Assembly (NCBI RefSeq): GCF_006345805.1
Contig: NW_021836179.1
Coordinates: 1-64,000 of the forward strand
DNA: 64,000 nt
From: Octopus sinensis
Taxonomy: Eukaryota
Reading direction: 5' to 3'
This document shows positions 23,331-35,041 of this stretch, piece by piece (position 1 is the first letter of the stretch; each line of letters begins with the position of its first letter). The notes under the pieces are model-generated. The model had not been told where the DNA came from. It saw nothing but the letters and a program-made list of their open reading frames with translations, and ran no database searches. A program made the translations under genes and the position numbers.

Positions 23331-26030
23331 GAATGGGAGGAGGAGAGCCTTCCAAATGTTGACCCAGTAGAGGGACCAGCTACCCGAATAGACAGCTCCC
23401 TTGTAGTTAAGGCAATTAAGGATATGAAACCAGGTAAAGCCCCCGGCCCATCCGGAATCACTGCTGAGATGCTTAAAACAGCTGGCTATGTGGGCTATGG
23501 CCTAGTCACCCGCATTGTAAACCAGGTAGTTCTGAATGGAGTCATACCCATTGACTGGCGTAGCAGCACCATAGTCAACTGCTACAAGGGTAAAGGTGAT
23601 GCTCTAGATAGAAATAACTACAGGGGTATTAAACTGTTGGATCAGGTGATGAAGGTCACAGAGAGGGTCATAACCCTTCTCATTAGGGAGAGAATTTGCT
23701 TAGATGAGATGCAGTTCGGTTTTGTGCCAGGTAGAAGCACCACTGATGCTATATTCCTGGTCCGACAACTGCAGGAGAAGTACCTAGCTAAAGATAAACC
23801 CCTCTACATAGCTTTTGTGGACTTGGAGAAAGCCTTTGACAGGGTTCCTCGATCCCTTATCTGGTGGTCGATGCGGAAACTGGAGATTGACGAATGGCTA
23901 ATAAGGGCTGTACAGGCTCTATACAGAGAGGCTGTCAGCAAGGCTAGGATTGGCAAAGAATATAGTGAAGAACTCCGGGTAGAAGTAGGTGTACACCAAG
24001 GCTCAGCCCTAAGTCCCCTTTTATTCATGATAGTCCTCCAGGCAATAACAGAGGAATTCAAAACAGAATGCCCCTGGGAGCTCCTCTAAGCTGATGACCT
24101 GGCCCTCATAGCAGAATCACTACCGGAACTAGAAAAGAAATTTCGAGTGTGGAAGCAAGGGTTAGAATCAAAGGGCCTTAGAGTAAATGTAGCAAAGACC
24201 AAAGTTATAGTAAGCAGAAAGGCGAACTCATCACACACTCCCTCGGGCAGGTGGCCCTGCTCGATCTGAAGGAAAGGTGTAAGTAGAAACTCCATAAGAT
24301 GCACCCAATGTAAGCTATGGACGCATAAGAGGTGCAGCAACATCAAAGGGAAACTAACTGATAAGATAGCTTTCATGTGCGGCAGATGCACAGGGACAGT
24401 AGACATCACAGACACTCAGAAAACAGATTCCATCACACTCCAGGGAGAGAAACGAGAAGTAGTTGATAGTTTCCGCTACCTGGGTGACCAAGTTAGTAGT
24501 GGGGGTGGATACTCAGAGAGTATCACCACTAGAATACGAATAGCCTGGGCAAAGTTCAGAGAGCTCCTACCCCTACTGGCGACAAAGGGTCTCTCACTCA
24601 GAGCGAAAGGTAGATTGTATGATGCATGTGTGCGAACTGCCATGCTTCACGGTAGTGAAACATGGGCTGTGACTGCAGGGGATATGCGTAGACTTGAAAG
24701 AAATGAAGCTAGCATGATCCGCTGGATGTGTAATGTCAGTGTGCATGCACGACAGAGTGTAAGCACCCTGAGAGAAATGTTGGACATAAGAAGCATCAGA
24801 TGTGGTGTGCAAGAGCGACGCTTGCGATGGTATGGTAATGTGCTGCGGATGGATGAGGAGAGATGTGTGAAGATGTTCCACTCCCAAACAGTTGAAGGTA
24901 ACAGGGGGAGAGGTAGACCCAGGAAGACATGGGATGAGGTAGTCAAGCATGACCTCAGAGCGCTGGGCCTCACTGAGGCAATGGCGAAGGACCGAGACCT
25001 CTGGAGATATGCTGTGACTGCAAAGACCCGGGCTGCTTCCTGCGCCAGTTCCGCATAGCCCCTGCTCATTGAACGTACACTGGATCCCAGAATGTCCCGC
25101 TATGCTTGAGGAGACCCGTTGAGTCAAGCACATGAACATGAACATTGAAATAAATATCAATGGAAATAGTAGTTGTGATACCTGTTCCGGTGGCACATAA
25201 AAAGCATCATCCAAACGTGGCCGTAGCCAGCACCGCCTCGACTGGCTTCTGTGCCGGTGGCACATAAAAAGCACCATCCAAATGTGGCCGTAGCCAGCAC
25301 CTCCTCGACTGGCTTTTGTGCCGGTGGCACATAAAATGCACCATCCGAACGTGGCCGTAGCCAGCACCGTCTCGACTGGCTTCTGTGCCGGTGGCACATA
25401 AAAAGCACCATCCGAATGTGGCCATAGCCAGCACCTCCTCGACTGGCTTTTGTGCCGGTGGCACATAAAATGCACCATCCGAACGTGGCCATAGCCTGCA
25501 CCGCCTCGACTGGCTTCTGTGCCGGTGGCACATAAAAAGCACCATCCCAACGTGGCCGATGCTAGCACTGCATTGACTGGCTTCTGTGCCGGTAGCACAT
25601 AAAAAGTACCATCAAAACGTGGCCGTAGCCAGCACCGCCTCGAGTGGTTTCTGTGCCGGTGGCACATAAAAACACCATCCCAACGTGGCCGTAGCCAGCG
25701 CCGCCTCGACTGGCTTCTGTGCCAGTGGCACATAAAAAGCACCATCCGAACGTGGCTGTTGCCAGCGCCGCCTTGGCTGGCTTCCGTGCCGGTGGCACGT
25801 TAAAAGCTCCAACTGATCGTGGCCAATGCCGGACCGCCCCCCTGGCACCTGTGCGGGTGGCATGTAAAAAGCACCCACTACACTTGCGGAGTGGTTGGCA
25901 TTAGGAAGGACATCCAGCTGTAGAAACTGTGCCAGATCAGACTGGAGCCGGGTGCAGCCCCTAGCTTCCCAGACCCCGGTCGAACCGTCCAACGATGATG
26001 ATGATGGTGATGATGATGATGATGATGATG
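23331..26030 (+). mobile_element. 5'-truncated, inactivated RTE-clade LINE (RT, 3' UTR and (GAT)n tail)
   Basis: RT motifs KAPGPSG, NYRGIKLL, QFGF, FVDLEKAFDRV, GVHQGS.LSPLLF, (Y>stop)ADD and FRYLG. Stops at 24087 and 24267. No APE domain. About 80-bp direct repeats at 23250-23330 and 26028-26108. Confidence 0.93.
25189..25830 (+). repeat. 67-bp minisatellite in the RTE 3' UTR (10 unit starts)
   Basis: GGTGGCACATAAAAAGCACCATCCGAACGTGGCC... starts at 25189, 25256, 25323 ... 25791. Confidence 0.95.
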
Positions 26031-27682
26031 CATGCGAGAAACATTAATAGAAGAAAACACTTTCATTTCATTTCTTGTTATGGGTCAGGGGAGGAGATGG
26101 GGTTTTTTTTTTGTTTTTATTTTGTATATTTTGAAAAATTAGAATTTACATTTTTTTTTTGTTTTTTTCAGAATCGTAATCTCCTTATTTTTCTACAAAT
26201 TTCACCAGAAAAATTTTGTTTATAGTAGAAAATTTAAGAAATTGCGTGGGAAGATTAAAAATTTTTTAATGCAGATTGTTTTTGCAGGTTTGGAATCTCC
26301 GCACTCGATATCGTGGGTTCCTGTAAAAACAAAACCCAAAAAACATCGGAAAGAGGGTGCGGTCCATTGTCTTTCCCCACGCCGTAAACGGAACCCTTCC
26401 CCCTTTATTTCAGGATAAAGTAAAAAAACGAAGGAAAGGGATATGGGACTGAGATTTTGATGTTGGGGTTGTTGAAAGAATCTTTTCCAGAATCGAAATT
26501 TCCATGGCCTAAAAACATGGGATTCCGGAGAGAAAAAAAACAAAAAGGAATTTGAAAGCCGGGAAGGGCTCCGTTTCGATCTTCGCTATAGTTGAGGGTC
26601 GATGGTGGAAAAAGTTTGTCGACCCCTGTTAAAGGGTAGGGAACAGCACCTGCTGTGTTTCTAATCATATGTCCGTTTAATGAACAAACATACGATTATA
26701 TGCATTCTAATGCTAAGATGTAATGATGTCAGAAATATTTGGCTGCTATTTTTAGCAGGTTCAGTGACCATGCGCAGACACTCTTGTTGAGACGTAATTA
26801 CTATTTAGCTGGATGAGGTTTTTATCATTTACCTTGGCTGAGATGCAATTAAAGGTGTGAATTAATATAATTTTAACGTCTCTTCGTGTTATATTGGGGA
26901 CTTTTAATATATGTCACCGGTGTCGTTCAACCGCGGGAATAATTATCAACAGCTTCTACACGTGCTTCTAATTAAGACGAATCTAATTATATCAGATGTA
27001 GTAATACCTCGTGTTGAGGTGAACGTTGATCTCTATGAATAACACGAAGCGACTTACATAATTTGTGATTTAATATTTCTCTTGATCACAGCTTTAGTTG
27101 GTTGATCCCTATTTTACAGGAAAGGGGGCAAAAAGCTTTGAATCGAGGAACTTTGCTCGCCCTTCTTCATATTTCATTTGGACCTTAGATCGAAAGCACG
27201 AATTGTTTGTATGCCCCTTTGTAGCAAATATTGTGCGCATTTCTACTATCCATGGTGGGAAAAACAAACTGGATTTCAAGAAAGGATCCTGGTCAGATCA
27301 ACAAGTATTCTAATGGTAAGTGAAAAAATATATCTACATAGCATTTGTTGTACACTTGTTAACGGAGGTGTGTGATATCTAAGACAAGAAACTGAACCAT
27401 AGGAGGTTAGTCTATATCTACAGACATTTGTCAGCTTTTTAAGTATTCCTGAAGACAAGCAGGAAGACCTCCCTCACAACGGCTTTCCTTTTGGTAAACG
27501 ATATTTCCCCTTTTGACACCCGATTTGTGTAATTTTCTTTTGAGTCCTTTAATCGTTTAATAATGTATATTTTGCCAGTAAATTTAGGGCATAACTACAG
27601 AAATGCGGGATCCTTTCGGTTTGGGGAGTTACCAAAATTGAAATTGCAAAAATGTTTATATCATTGTTCTGTGACCCTAACC

Positions 27683-27883
27683 GTATCTTGGTACTAGTCT
27701 TGGAGACTGGACCCGGTGCGCGCAGATGCGCATCCGCGCTTGCGAGTCGTAAGTTGTCGATTCTACAGCGACTTGCGTATGCAAATGAGCTGATTGGCGC
27801 AACACTGCAAAAACTAACTTAATAGCGAGCCCCTACTGGAGCTTAAGAAATATTTTTCAACGATATACGGTGTATATTATTCA
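27683..27883 (+). mobile_element. 201-bp intronic insert (octamer/hairpin element) between 21-bp direct repeats
   Basis: CATTGTTCTGTGACCCTAACC on both sides. The same insert is at 36742-36942; a longer form starts at 43101, 49923 and 56745; it is absent from unit 1. Confidence 0.7.
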
Positions 27884-28586
27884 CATTGTTCTGTGACCCT
27901 AACCACATCTTTTCAGGGAGTTCTCAAAAATGAAGCCCCCAAAAATCAAAATATTATTCCCTTCCAAACCTGATCTCATCATATATAAATTTATATATAT
28001 ATATGTGTATATAGATAGATATAGATATGTATATATGTGCGTGCATGAGTAATGTTACACAATGTTAAAGAGTAGTTGTAGTTTACAAATTTTTACATTT
28101 CACCCAATGTTATATGATGTCATTTGTTAATTAATAAAGAAATATTGTAACATTTCTCTTTTGATCTCTCCTCTCTATCTAAATACTGTTTCTTTATTAT
28201 TTCAGATTTACGGATGACAATGGCATCAAAGAAATTTTCTTTTATAATGAATACATCTTCAACATTTTTCATCTTTTAAAGTCTTGAGGAAAAGTTTACA
28301 CAGAACGCATCTAAGCCTATTTCTATAAATCTTAGGTAGAAATTCAATGAAATGTTTGCTCTGAACTGAGATTAATAGCAACATTTTTCTATTTCATTAG
28401 CTGATGCTTTGCATTCTCGTTACTCTTTGATGACTTTCTAAATTTATAGCATCTTTAGATATCAGTGAAGTTTGCAGTGGAAACATTTGTAAGGAATAAA
28501 CTATAAAAAGAAGGATAAAGATAGGAGTAAAAGTTTAATGTGGTGAGAAAGGCCAAGGATTGGGTCTATTTTGATTCCTCAAAGAA

Positions 28587-29867
28587 ATGCTGAAAAATTG
28601 TCGAAAATCATTGTATCGTTGTGATATCTGTGGTAAATCAACCACTAGAAGTGCTGCCTTAGATAGACACAAGCGTACTCACACAGGAGAGAAACCATAT
28701 CACTGTGATATTTGTGGTAAATCTTTCACTCAAAGCAATAACTTAACTATACACAAACTTGTTCATACAGGAGAGAAACCATATCACTGTGATATTTGTG
28801 GTAAATCATTCTCTCACAGAAGTGCCTTAACTAAACACAAACTTGTTCATACAGGAGAGAAGCCATTTCGCTGTGATATTTGTGGTAAATCCTTCACTAA
28901 AAGCAATGACTTAACTAAACACATACGTGTTCATACAGGAGAGAAGCAATTTCACTGTGATATCTGTGGTAAATCCTTCACTCAGAGTAATAGTTTAACT
29001 AGACACAGGCGTATTCACACAGGAGAAAAACCATTTCCCTGTGATGCCTGTGGTAAATCATTCTCTGACAAAAGTGCCTTAATTGTACATAAACGTGTTC
29101 ATACAGGGGAGAAACCATTTCGCTGTGATGTTTGTGGCAAATCATTCACTGCGAGTGGTGACTTAAATATACACAGACGTATTCACACAGGAGAGAATCC
29201 GTTTCACTGTAATATCTGTGGTAAATCATTCTCTCAAAGCAATCACTTAACTAATCACAAACTTGTTCATACAGGAGAGAAACCATACCACTGTGATATC
29301 TGTGGTAAATCATTCTCTCAAAATTGTCAATTAACTTATCACAAACGCATTCATACAGGAGAGAAACCATACCACTGTGATATCTGTGGTGAATCATTCT
29401 CTCAAAGCAATCACTTAACTAAACACAGACGTATTCACACAGGAGAGAAACCATTTCACTGTGATATCTGTGGTAAATCATTCTCTCAAAATTATCATTT
29501 AACTTCTCACAAACGGGTTCATACAGGAGAGAAACCATACCACTGTGATATCTGTGGTAAATCATTCTCTCAAAATTATCATTTAACTTCTCACAAACGG
29601 GTTCATACAGGAGAGAAACCATACCACTGTGATATCTGTGGTGAATCATTCTCTCAAAGTGATACTTTAAATAAACACAGGCGTATTCATACAGGAGAAA
29701 AGCCGTATCACTGTGATATCTGTGGTAAATCATTCTCACAAAATTGTCAATTAACTTCTCACAAACGTATTCATACAGGGGAAAAGCCATTTCACTGTGA
29801 TGTCTGTGGTAAATCATTCTCTCAAAATTGTCGTTTAACTTCTCACAAACATATTCATACAGGATAG
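28587..29867 (+). CDS. C2H2 zinc-finger protein type 1, 15 fingers (426 aa), unit 2
   Basis: Intact ORF ending HTG-TAG; fingers 11 and 12 are near-exact 84-bp duplicates. Confidence 0.93.
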   Translation: MLKNCRKSLYRCDICGKSTTRSAALDRHKRTHTGEKPYHCDICGKSFTQSNNLTIHKLVHTGEKPYHCDICGKSFSHRSALTKHKLVHTGEKPFRCDICGKSFTKSNDLTKHIRVHTGEKQFHCDICGKSFTQSNSLTRHRRIHTGEKPFPCDACGKSFSDKSALIVHKRVHTGEKPFRCDVCGKSFTASGDLNIHRRIHTGENPFHCNICGKSFSQSNHLTNHKLVHTGEKPYHCDICGKSFSQNCQLTYHKRIHTGEKPYHCDICGESFSQSNHLTKHRRIHTGEKPFHCDICGKSFSQNYHLTSHKRVHTGEKPYHCDICGKSFSQNYHLTSHKRVHTGEKPYHCDICGESFSQSDTLNKHRRIHTGEKPYHCDICGKSFSQNCQLTSHKRIHTGEKPFHCDVCGKSFSQNCRLTSHKHIHTG

Positions 29868-31244
29868 AGGCCTTTTTGCTGTGATTTCTGTGGTAAATCA
29901 TTCTCTGAGAAACGTTACTTAATTGCACACGTATCTATCCATACAAGAATTTGACTGTATTATTTATGAAATGTCTTTACAGCACACAGCAACAGACATT
30001 TTAAAACCCTTTCTCCTTGTGGGCATTGTCAGTAAGTGATGAACCCTTGGTAACATTCATAATCATGCCAACCCTTTTTGTAAGCACTTACCTGGGATAC
30101 ACGTAGTTTTGCTGGGCACAGGTATTTGTTAGAATTGTGTGTAGAAAATAATTTGTATAACCATAAATATTGCCACTTTAGGAAGCACTAGATTAGACAA
30201 TTGTGAGGAGTGGAAACAGTGATGTGCAGATAAATATAGTTGTGTGTGTAGCAGACACGAGAGGCCCATTGATATTAAAGCTGAAATCTAAAAGAGGAGA
30301 AACGTGTGAGGCAGTGCAGCATCATGAGAGCAGATGGTGGAGAAATCCAGGTGAACATCTTTTAGAGTAACTGGGTTTTTAGCAAGACACAATTTCTTGC
30401 ATACTGAAAATATATACTCCATGAAGAAGATTGTGAAATCGTGTGGAGGTGACGTGGTTAAATAAATATGTCTTCAACACTGAAACTTGCTGACTTGGTT
30501 TTTATATGTACCTAAATATGTATGTTTGATTGCTTCTCGTTTATTAATTGCATCCAAGGTCTTTGTTGATGCTGGGCTTTGATCTTTGTTTGCTTGTTTA
30601 TTTCAGCTTGCTTCTTATTCCTCTGTGTCAATTTGCTTCTGATGAAGCAATTAGATGAACAAAGCTGCTCTTCTTTGTGTTTCTCTAGGCTGTGGGTTCG
30701 TTTAGTATCTCAGATATAAAGTTGAATACATCGTTAGAGCACATCCAACCCTACGCTTAATAAATCTTTCTGGTTTTGTGTCGAGATATTGAAAAGCTGT
30801 GGGCCCTGGAAATCCTAAACCGTTGCAGTATTGGATTCTTACCCAAGATGGAAAGTAGAAGGTGTTTGGTACGATGTAGTGGCGTTCAGTTGAGCTGTTT
30901 GTATAGATTTCATTACCAAATTTAGGGGTAGACCTTAAAAACAGTATATATGTATATACAACGTGCTTCTTACACTTTGCGTCATCCAAATCCACTCACA
31001 AGGCTTCAGCTGGCCCGAGGCTATAGTAGAAGAAACTTACCCAAGGTGCCAAGCAGTGGAACTGACCCGGGGAACTGTGTGATTGATAAGCAAGCGACTT
31101 ACCACACAATTTTATTTTTAAATGCTTGAAATTGTGTAGATTACAATTATATAGGAATTTGTTTGGGGTAAACACTACCTGGAGTAGGGGTGGGCAATTC
31201 AGAGACTTTGTGAAAACGTATGAGGAAATAAAGATGTGTGAATT

Positions 31245-31650
31245 AGCCAAAACTCCTGTCCCCTCATCCTGAAAATGTTCCTCACAAGTGGTAGAAATAG
31301 ACCAGATGGTCTTGTCATCTGTGCCTGGGTTAGAGGTAAGGTGCCTCATTTGGGATGCCACACTCTGCTACTCCTTTGCTCCTTCTCACATCCTGGATGC
31401 TGCAGTTAATGGCAGGGTCACTGCTTCCGTAGCCAAATGGAAGAAAACCCTGAGGTATCGGGACGTGACAGTGAACTATCTCTTCCACCTTGTGGTGTTT
31501 GAGACATTCAGAGGGACTAGGCCATTATCCATGAAGTTCTTGTCAACATTGGCAGGTGATGCCCGTGTGGGTGCATGGTTTTTCTTAACACCTGAGCCTC
31601 GCTGTCACCTGTAGTAATACTGTGAGGATGCTGGATTGCTTCAGTAGGTT
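31245..31650 (+). mobile_element. Degenerate restriction-like endonuclease region of a CRE-like non-LTR retrotransposon
   Basis: Across frameshifts it reads GRNRPDGLVICAWVRGK / CLIWDAT..SFAPSH..KKTLRY..FHLVVFETF / HLSLAV, resembling the RPDG..W..G..L.WD.T..K..KY..F.P...ET pattern. Confidence 0.6.
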
Positions 31651-31704
31651 CTATCAAACCTTGTGGCGTGCAACCAGCTGCTGTGATAAAAGAAATACCT
31701 CCAA

Positions 31705-32275
31705 ATATGCTGCAAATCCCTTATTTTGGTTTGGAAAAGTGGGAGGACACCCCCATCTTGGAATCGTTGGAAATTTATTTTTTTCATTGAATGAATTCCT
31801 CTGACCTAATATGCTACAAAACCTTTTTTGGGGTCCGAAAAACGGGATGGAGGGAGCTGGAAGCCTTGGAATGTTCGCCCCAATCGCCATTGATCTTTTT
31901 ATCCACAAAGTTTTCAGTAAGGAAAAAAAATTGGATTTTTTGCGTGGAATCAAGTACCCTGACCTCCTAATATGCTGCAAATCCCTTATTGTAGTTAACA
32001 AAAAATTGGGGGACTTCCCCACTTTTTTCATGCAGGTGAAAAGATTAGTGGGGTTATGGGCAATATTTCTGAGGCTTCCACCTCACCCCACCCCGTTTTA
32101 CGGACCCCAAAAAGAGTTTTGTAGCATATTAGGTCACAGGAATTCATTCAAGAAAAAAAACCCCACAAAAATATCCAATGATTCCGAAATGGGAAGGGGT
32201 GACCCTATCCTCTTGTTTTTCAAACCAATATAAGGGACGTGAAGCATCTTATTAGGTCAGGGTACTTGATTCCAC
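31705..32275. mobile_element. Foldback/MITE-like element with modular long inverted repeats
   Basis: About 31715-31850 is the reverse complement of about 32090-32240. Also at 40679-41250 and 61821-62392; shortened at 47791-48096 and 54610-54915. Confidence 0.65.
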
Positions 32276-32532
32276 CCCAAAAATCCAAGTTTTGTCTTTT
32301 TTCTCTTAGTGAAAATCATGCGGTTGTTAATATTGGAATTGAATGGGAAAAGCAGGCTCTTCATCCAGCTCCCCTTATTCTCCTCACCATTCCCATCACA
32401 GCCTGCACCCCACCCGACTCTCACTTTGGGCAGCTTCTATTTTATAATTTTATGCATGCGTGAAACATTAATAGAAGAAAACACTTTCATTTCATTTCTT
32501 ATTATGGGTCAGGGGAGGAGGTGGGGTTTTTT

Positions 32533-35041
32533 GAATGGGAGGAGGAGAGCCTTCCAAATGTTGACCCAGTAGAGGGACCAGCTACCCGAATAGACAGCTC
32601 CCTTGTAGTTAAGGCAATTAAGGATATGAAACCAGGTAAAGCCCCAGGCCCATCAGGAATCACTGCTGAGATGCTTAAAACAGCTGGCTATGTGGGCTAT
32701 GGCCTAGTCACCTGCATTGTAAACCAGGTAGTTCTTAATGGAGTCATACCCATTGACTGGCGTAGCAGCACCATAGTCAACTGCTACAAGGGTAAAGGTG
32801 ATGCTCTAGATAGAAATAACTACAGGGGTATTAAACTGTTGGATCAGGTGATGAAGGTCACAGAGAGGGTCATAACCCTTCTCATTAGGGAGAGAATTTG
32901 CTTAGATGAGATGCAGTTCGGTTTTGTGCCAGGTAGAAGCACCACCACTAATGCTATATTCCTGGTCCGACAACTGCAGGAGAAGTACCTAGCTAAAGAT
33001 AAACCCCTCTACATAGCTTTTGTGGACTTGGAGAAAGCTTTTGACAGGGTTCCTCGATCCCTTATCTGGTGGTCGATGCGGAAACTGGAGATTGACGAAT
33101 GGCTAATAAGGGCTGTACAGGCTCTATACAGAGAGGCTGTCAGCAAGGTTAGGATTGGCAAAGAATATAGTGAAGAACTCCGGGTAGAAGTAGGTGTACA
33201 CCAAGGCTCCACCCTCAGTCCCCTTTTATTCATCATAGTCCTCCAGGCAATAACAGAGGAATTCAAAACAGAATGCCCCTGGGAGCTCCTCTATGCTGAT
33301 GACCTGGCCCTCATAGCAGAATCACTACCGGAACTAGAAAAGAAATTTCGAGTGTGGAAGCAAGGGTTAGAATCAAAGGGCCTTAGAGTAAATGTAGCAA
33401 AGTCCAAAGTTATAGTAAGCAGAAAGGCGAACTCATCACACACTCCCTCGGGCAGGTGGCCCTGCTCGATCTGAAGGAAAGGTATAAGTAGAAACTCCAT
33501 AAGATGCACCCAATGTAAGCTATGGACGCATAAGAGGTGCAGCAACATCAAAGGGAAATTAACTGATAAGATAGCTTTCATGTGCGGCAGATGCACAGGG
33601 ACAGTAGACATCACAGACACTCAGAAAACAGATTCCATCACACTCCAGGGAGAGAAACGAGAAGTAGTTGATAGTTTCGCTACCTGGGTGACCAAGTTAG
33701 TAGTGGGGGTGGATACTCAGAGAGTATCACCACTAGAATACGAATAGCCTGGGCAAAGTTCAGAGAGCTCCTACCCCTACTGGCGACAAAGGGTCTCTCA
33801 CTCAGAGCGAAAGGTAGATTGTATGATGCATGTGTGCGAACTGCCATGCTTCACGGTAGTGAAACATGGGCTGTGACTGCAGGGGATATGCGTAGACTTG
33901 AAAGAAATGAAGCTAGCATGATCCGCTGGATGTGTAATGTCAGTGTGCATGCACGACAGAGTGTAAGCACCCTGAGAGAAATGCTGGACATAAGAAGCAT
34001 CAGATGTGGTGTGCAAGAGCGACGCTTGCGATGGTATGGTAATGTGCTGCGGATGGATGAGGAGAGATGTGTGAAGAAGTTCCACTCCCAAACAGTTGAA
34101 GGTAACAGGGGGAGAGGTAGACCCAGGAAGACATGGGATGAGGTAGTCAAGCATGACCTCAGAGCGCTGGGCCTCACTGAGGCAATGGCGAAGGACCGAG
34201 ACCTCTGGAGATATGCTGTGACTGCAAAGACCCGGGCTGCTTCCTGCGCCAGTTCCGCATAGCCCCTGCTCATTGAACGTACACTGGATCCCAGAATGTC
34301 CGGCTATGCTTGAGGAGACCCGTTGAGTCAAGCACATGAACATGAACATTGAAATAAATATCAATGGAAATAGTAGTTGTGATACCTGTTCCGGTGGCAC
34401 ATAAAAAGCACCAACCGAATGTGGCCGTAGCCAGCACCTCCTCGACTGGCTTTTGTGCCGGTGGCACATAAAATGCACCATCCGAACGTGGCCGTAGCCT
34501 GCACCGCCTCGACTGGCGTAAAAAGCACCATCCCAACGTGGCCGATGCTAGCACTGCCTTGACTGGCTTCTGTGCCGGTGGCACATAAAAAGTAACATCA
34601 AAACGTGGCCGTAGCCAGCACCGCCTCGAGTGGTTTCTGTGCCGGTGGCACATAAAAACACCATCCCAACGTGGCCGTAGCCAGCACCGCCTCGACTGGC
34701 TTCTGTGCCGGTGGAACATAAAAAGCACCATCCGAACGTGGCTGTTGCCAGCGCCGCCTTGGCTGGCTTCCGTGCCGGTGGCACGTTAAAAGCTCCAACT
34801 GATCGTGGCCAATGCCGGACCCCCCCCCCTGGCACCTGTGCGGGTGGTATGTAAAAAGCACCCACTACACTTGCGGAGTGGTTGGCATTAGGAAGGGCAT
34901 CCAGCTGTAGAAACTATGCCAGATCAGACTGGAGCCGGGTGCAGCCCCTAGCTTCCCAGACCCCGGTCGAACCGTCCAACCCGTGCTGGCGCGGAAAACG
35001 GACGTTAAACGATGATGATGATGGTGATGATGATGATGATG
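32533..35041 (+). mobile_element. Duplicate of the truncated RTE LINE
   Basis: Same 5' truncation point and target duplication. YADD is intact; it shares the TGA at 33472 and has an extra frameshift at about 33676. Confidence 0.93.
34393..34815 (+). repeat. 67-bp minisatellite in the RTE 3' UTR (about 7 units, one partly deleted)
   Basis: Starts at 34393, 34460, (partial), 34577, 34644, 34710 and 34777. Confidence 0.9.

Noticed and set aside
25189-25830. CRISPR-like appearance of the 67-bp repeats (and of the 169-bp repeats at 18076-18683)
   Set aside because: Contiguous units with no unique spacers, no cas genes, and a eukaryotic context.
24594-25992. 383-aa and other repetitive ORFs over the RTE 3' end
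   Set aside because: Products of the 67-bp minisatellite and antisense RT sequence; the frames are not conserved between the two copies.
26700-27120. Idea that units 2-7 were duplicated without their ancestral upstream region
   Set aside because: Homology to the 4.0-4.3 kb region runs across their junction, so their upstream sequence is ancestral. Their TSS remains unlocated.
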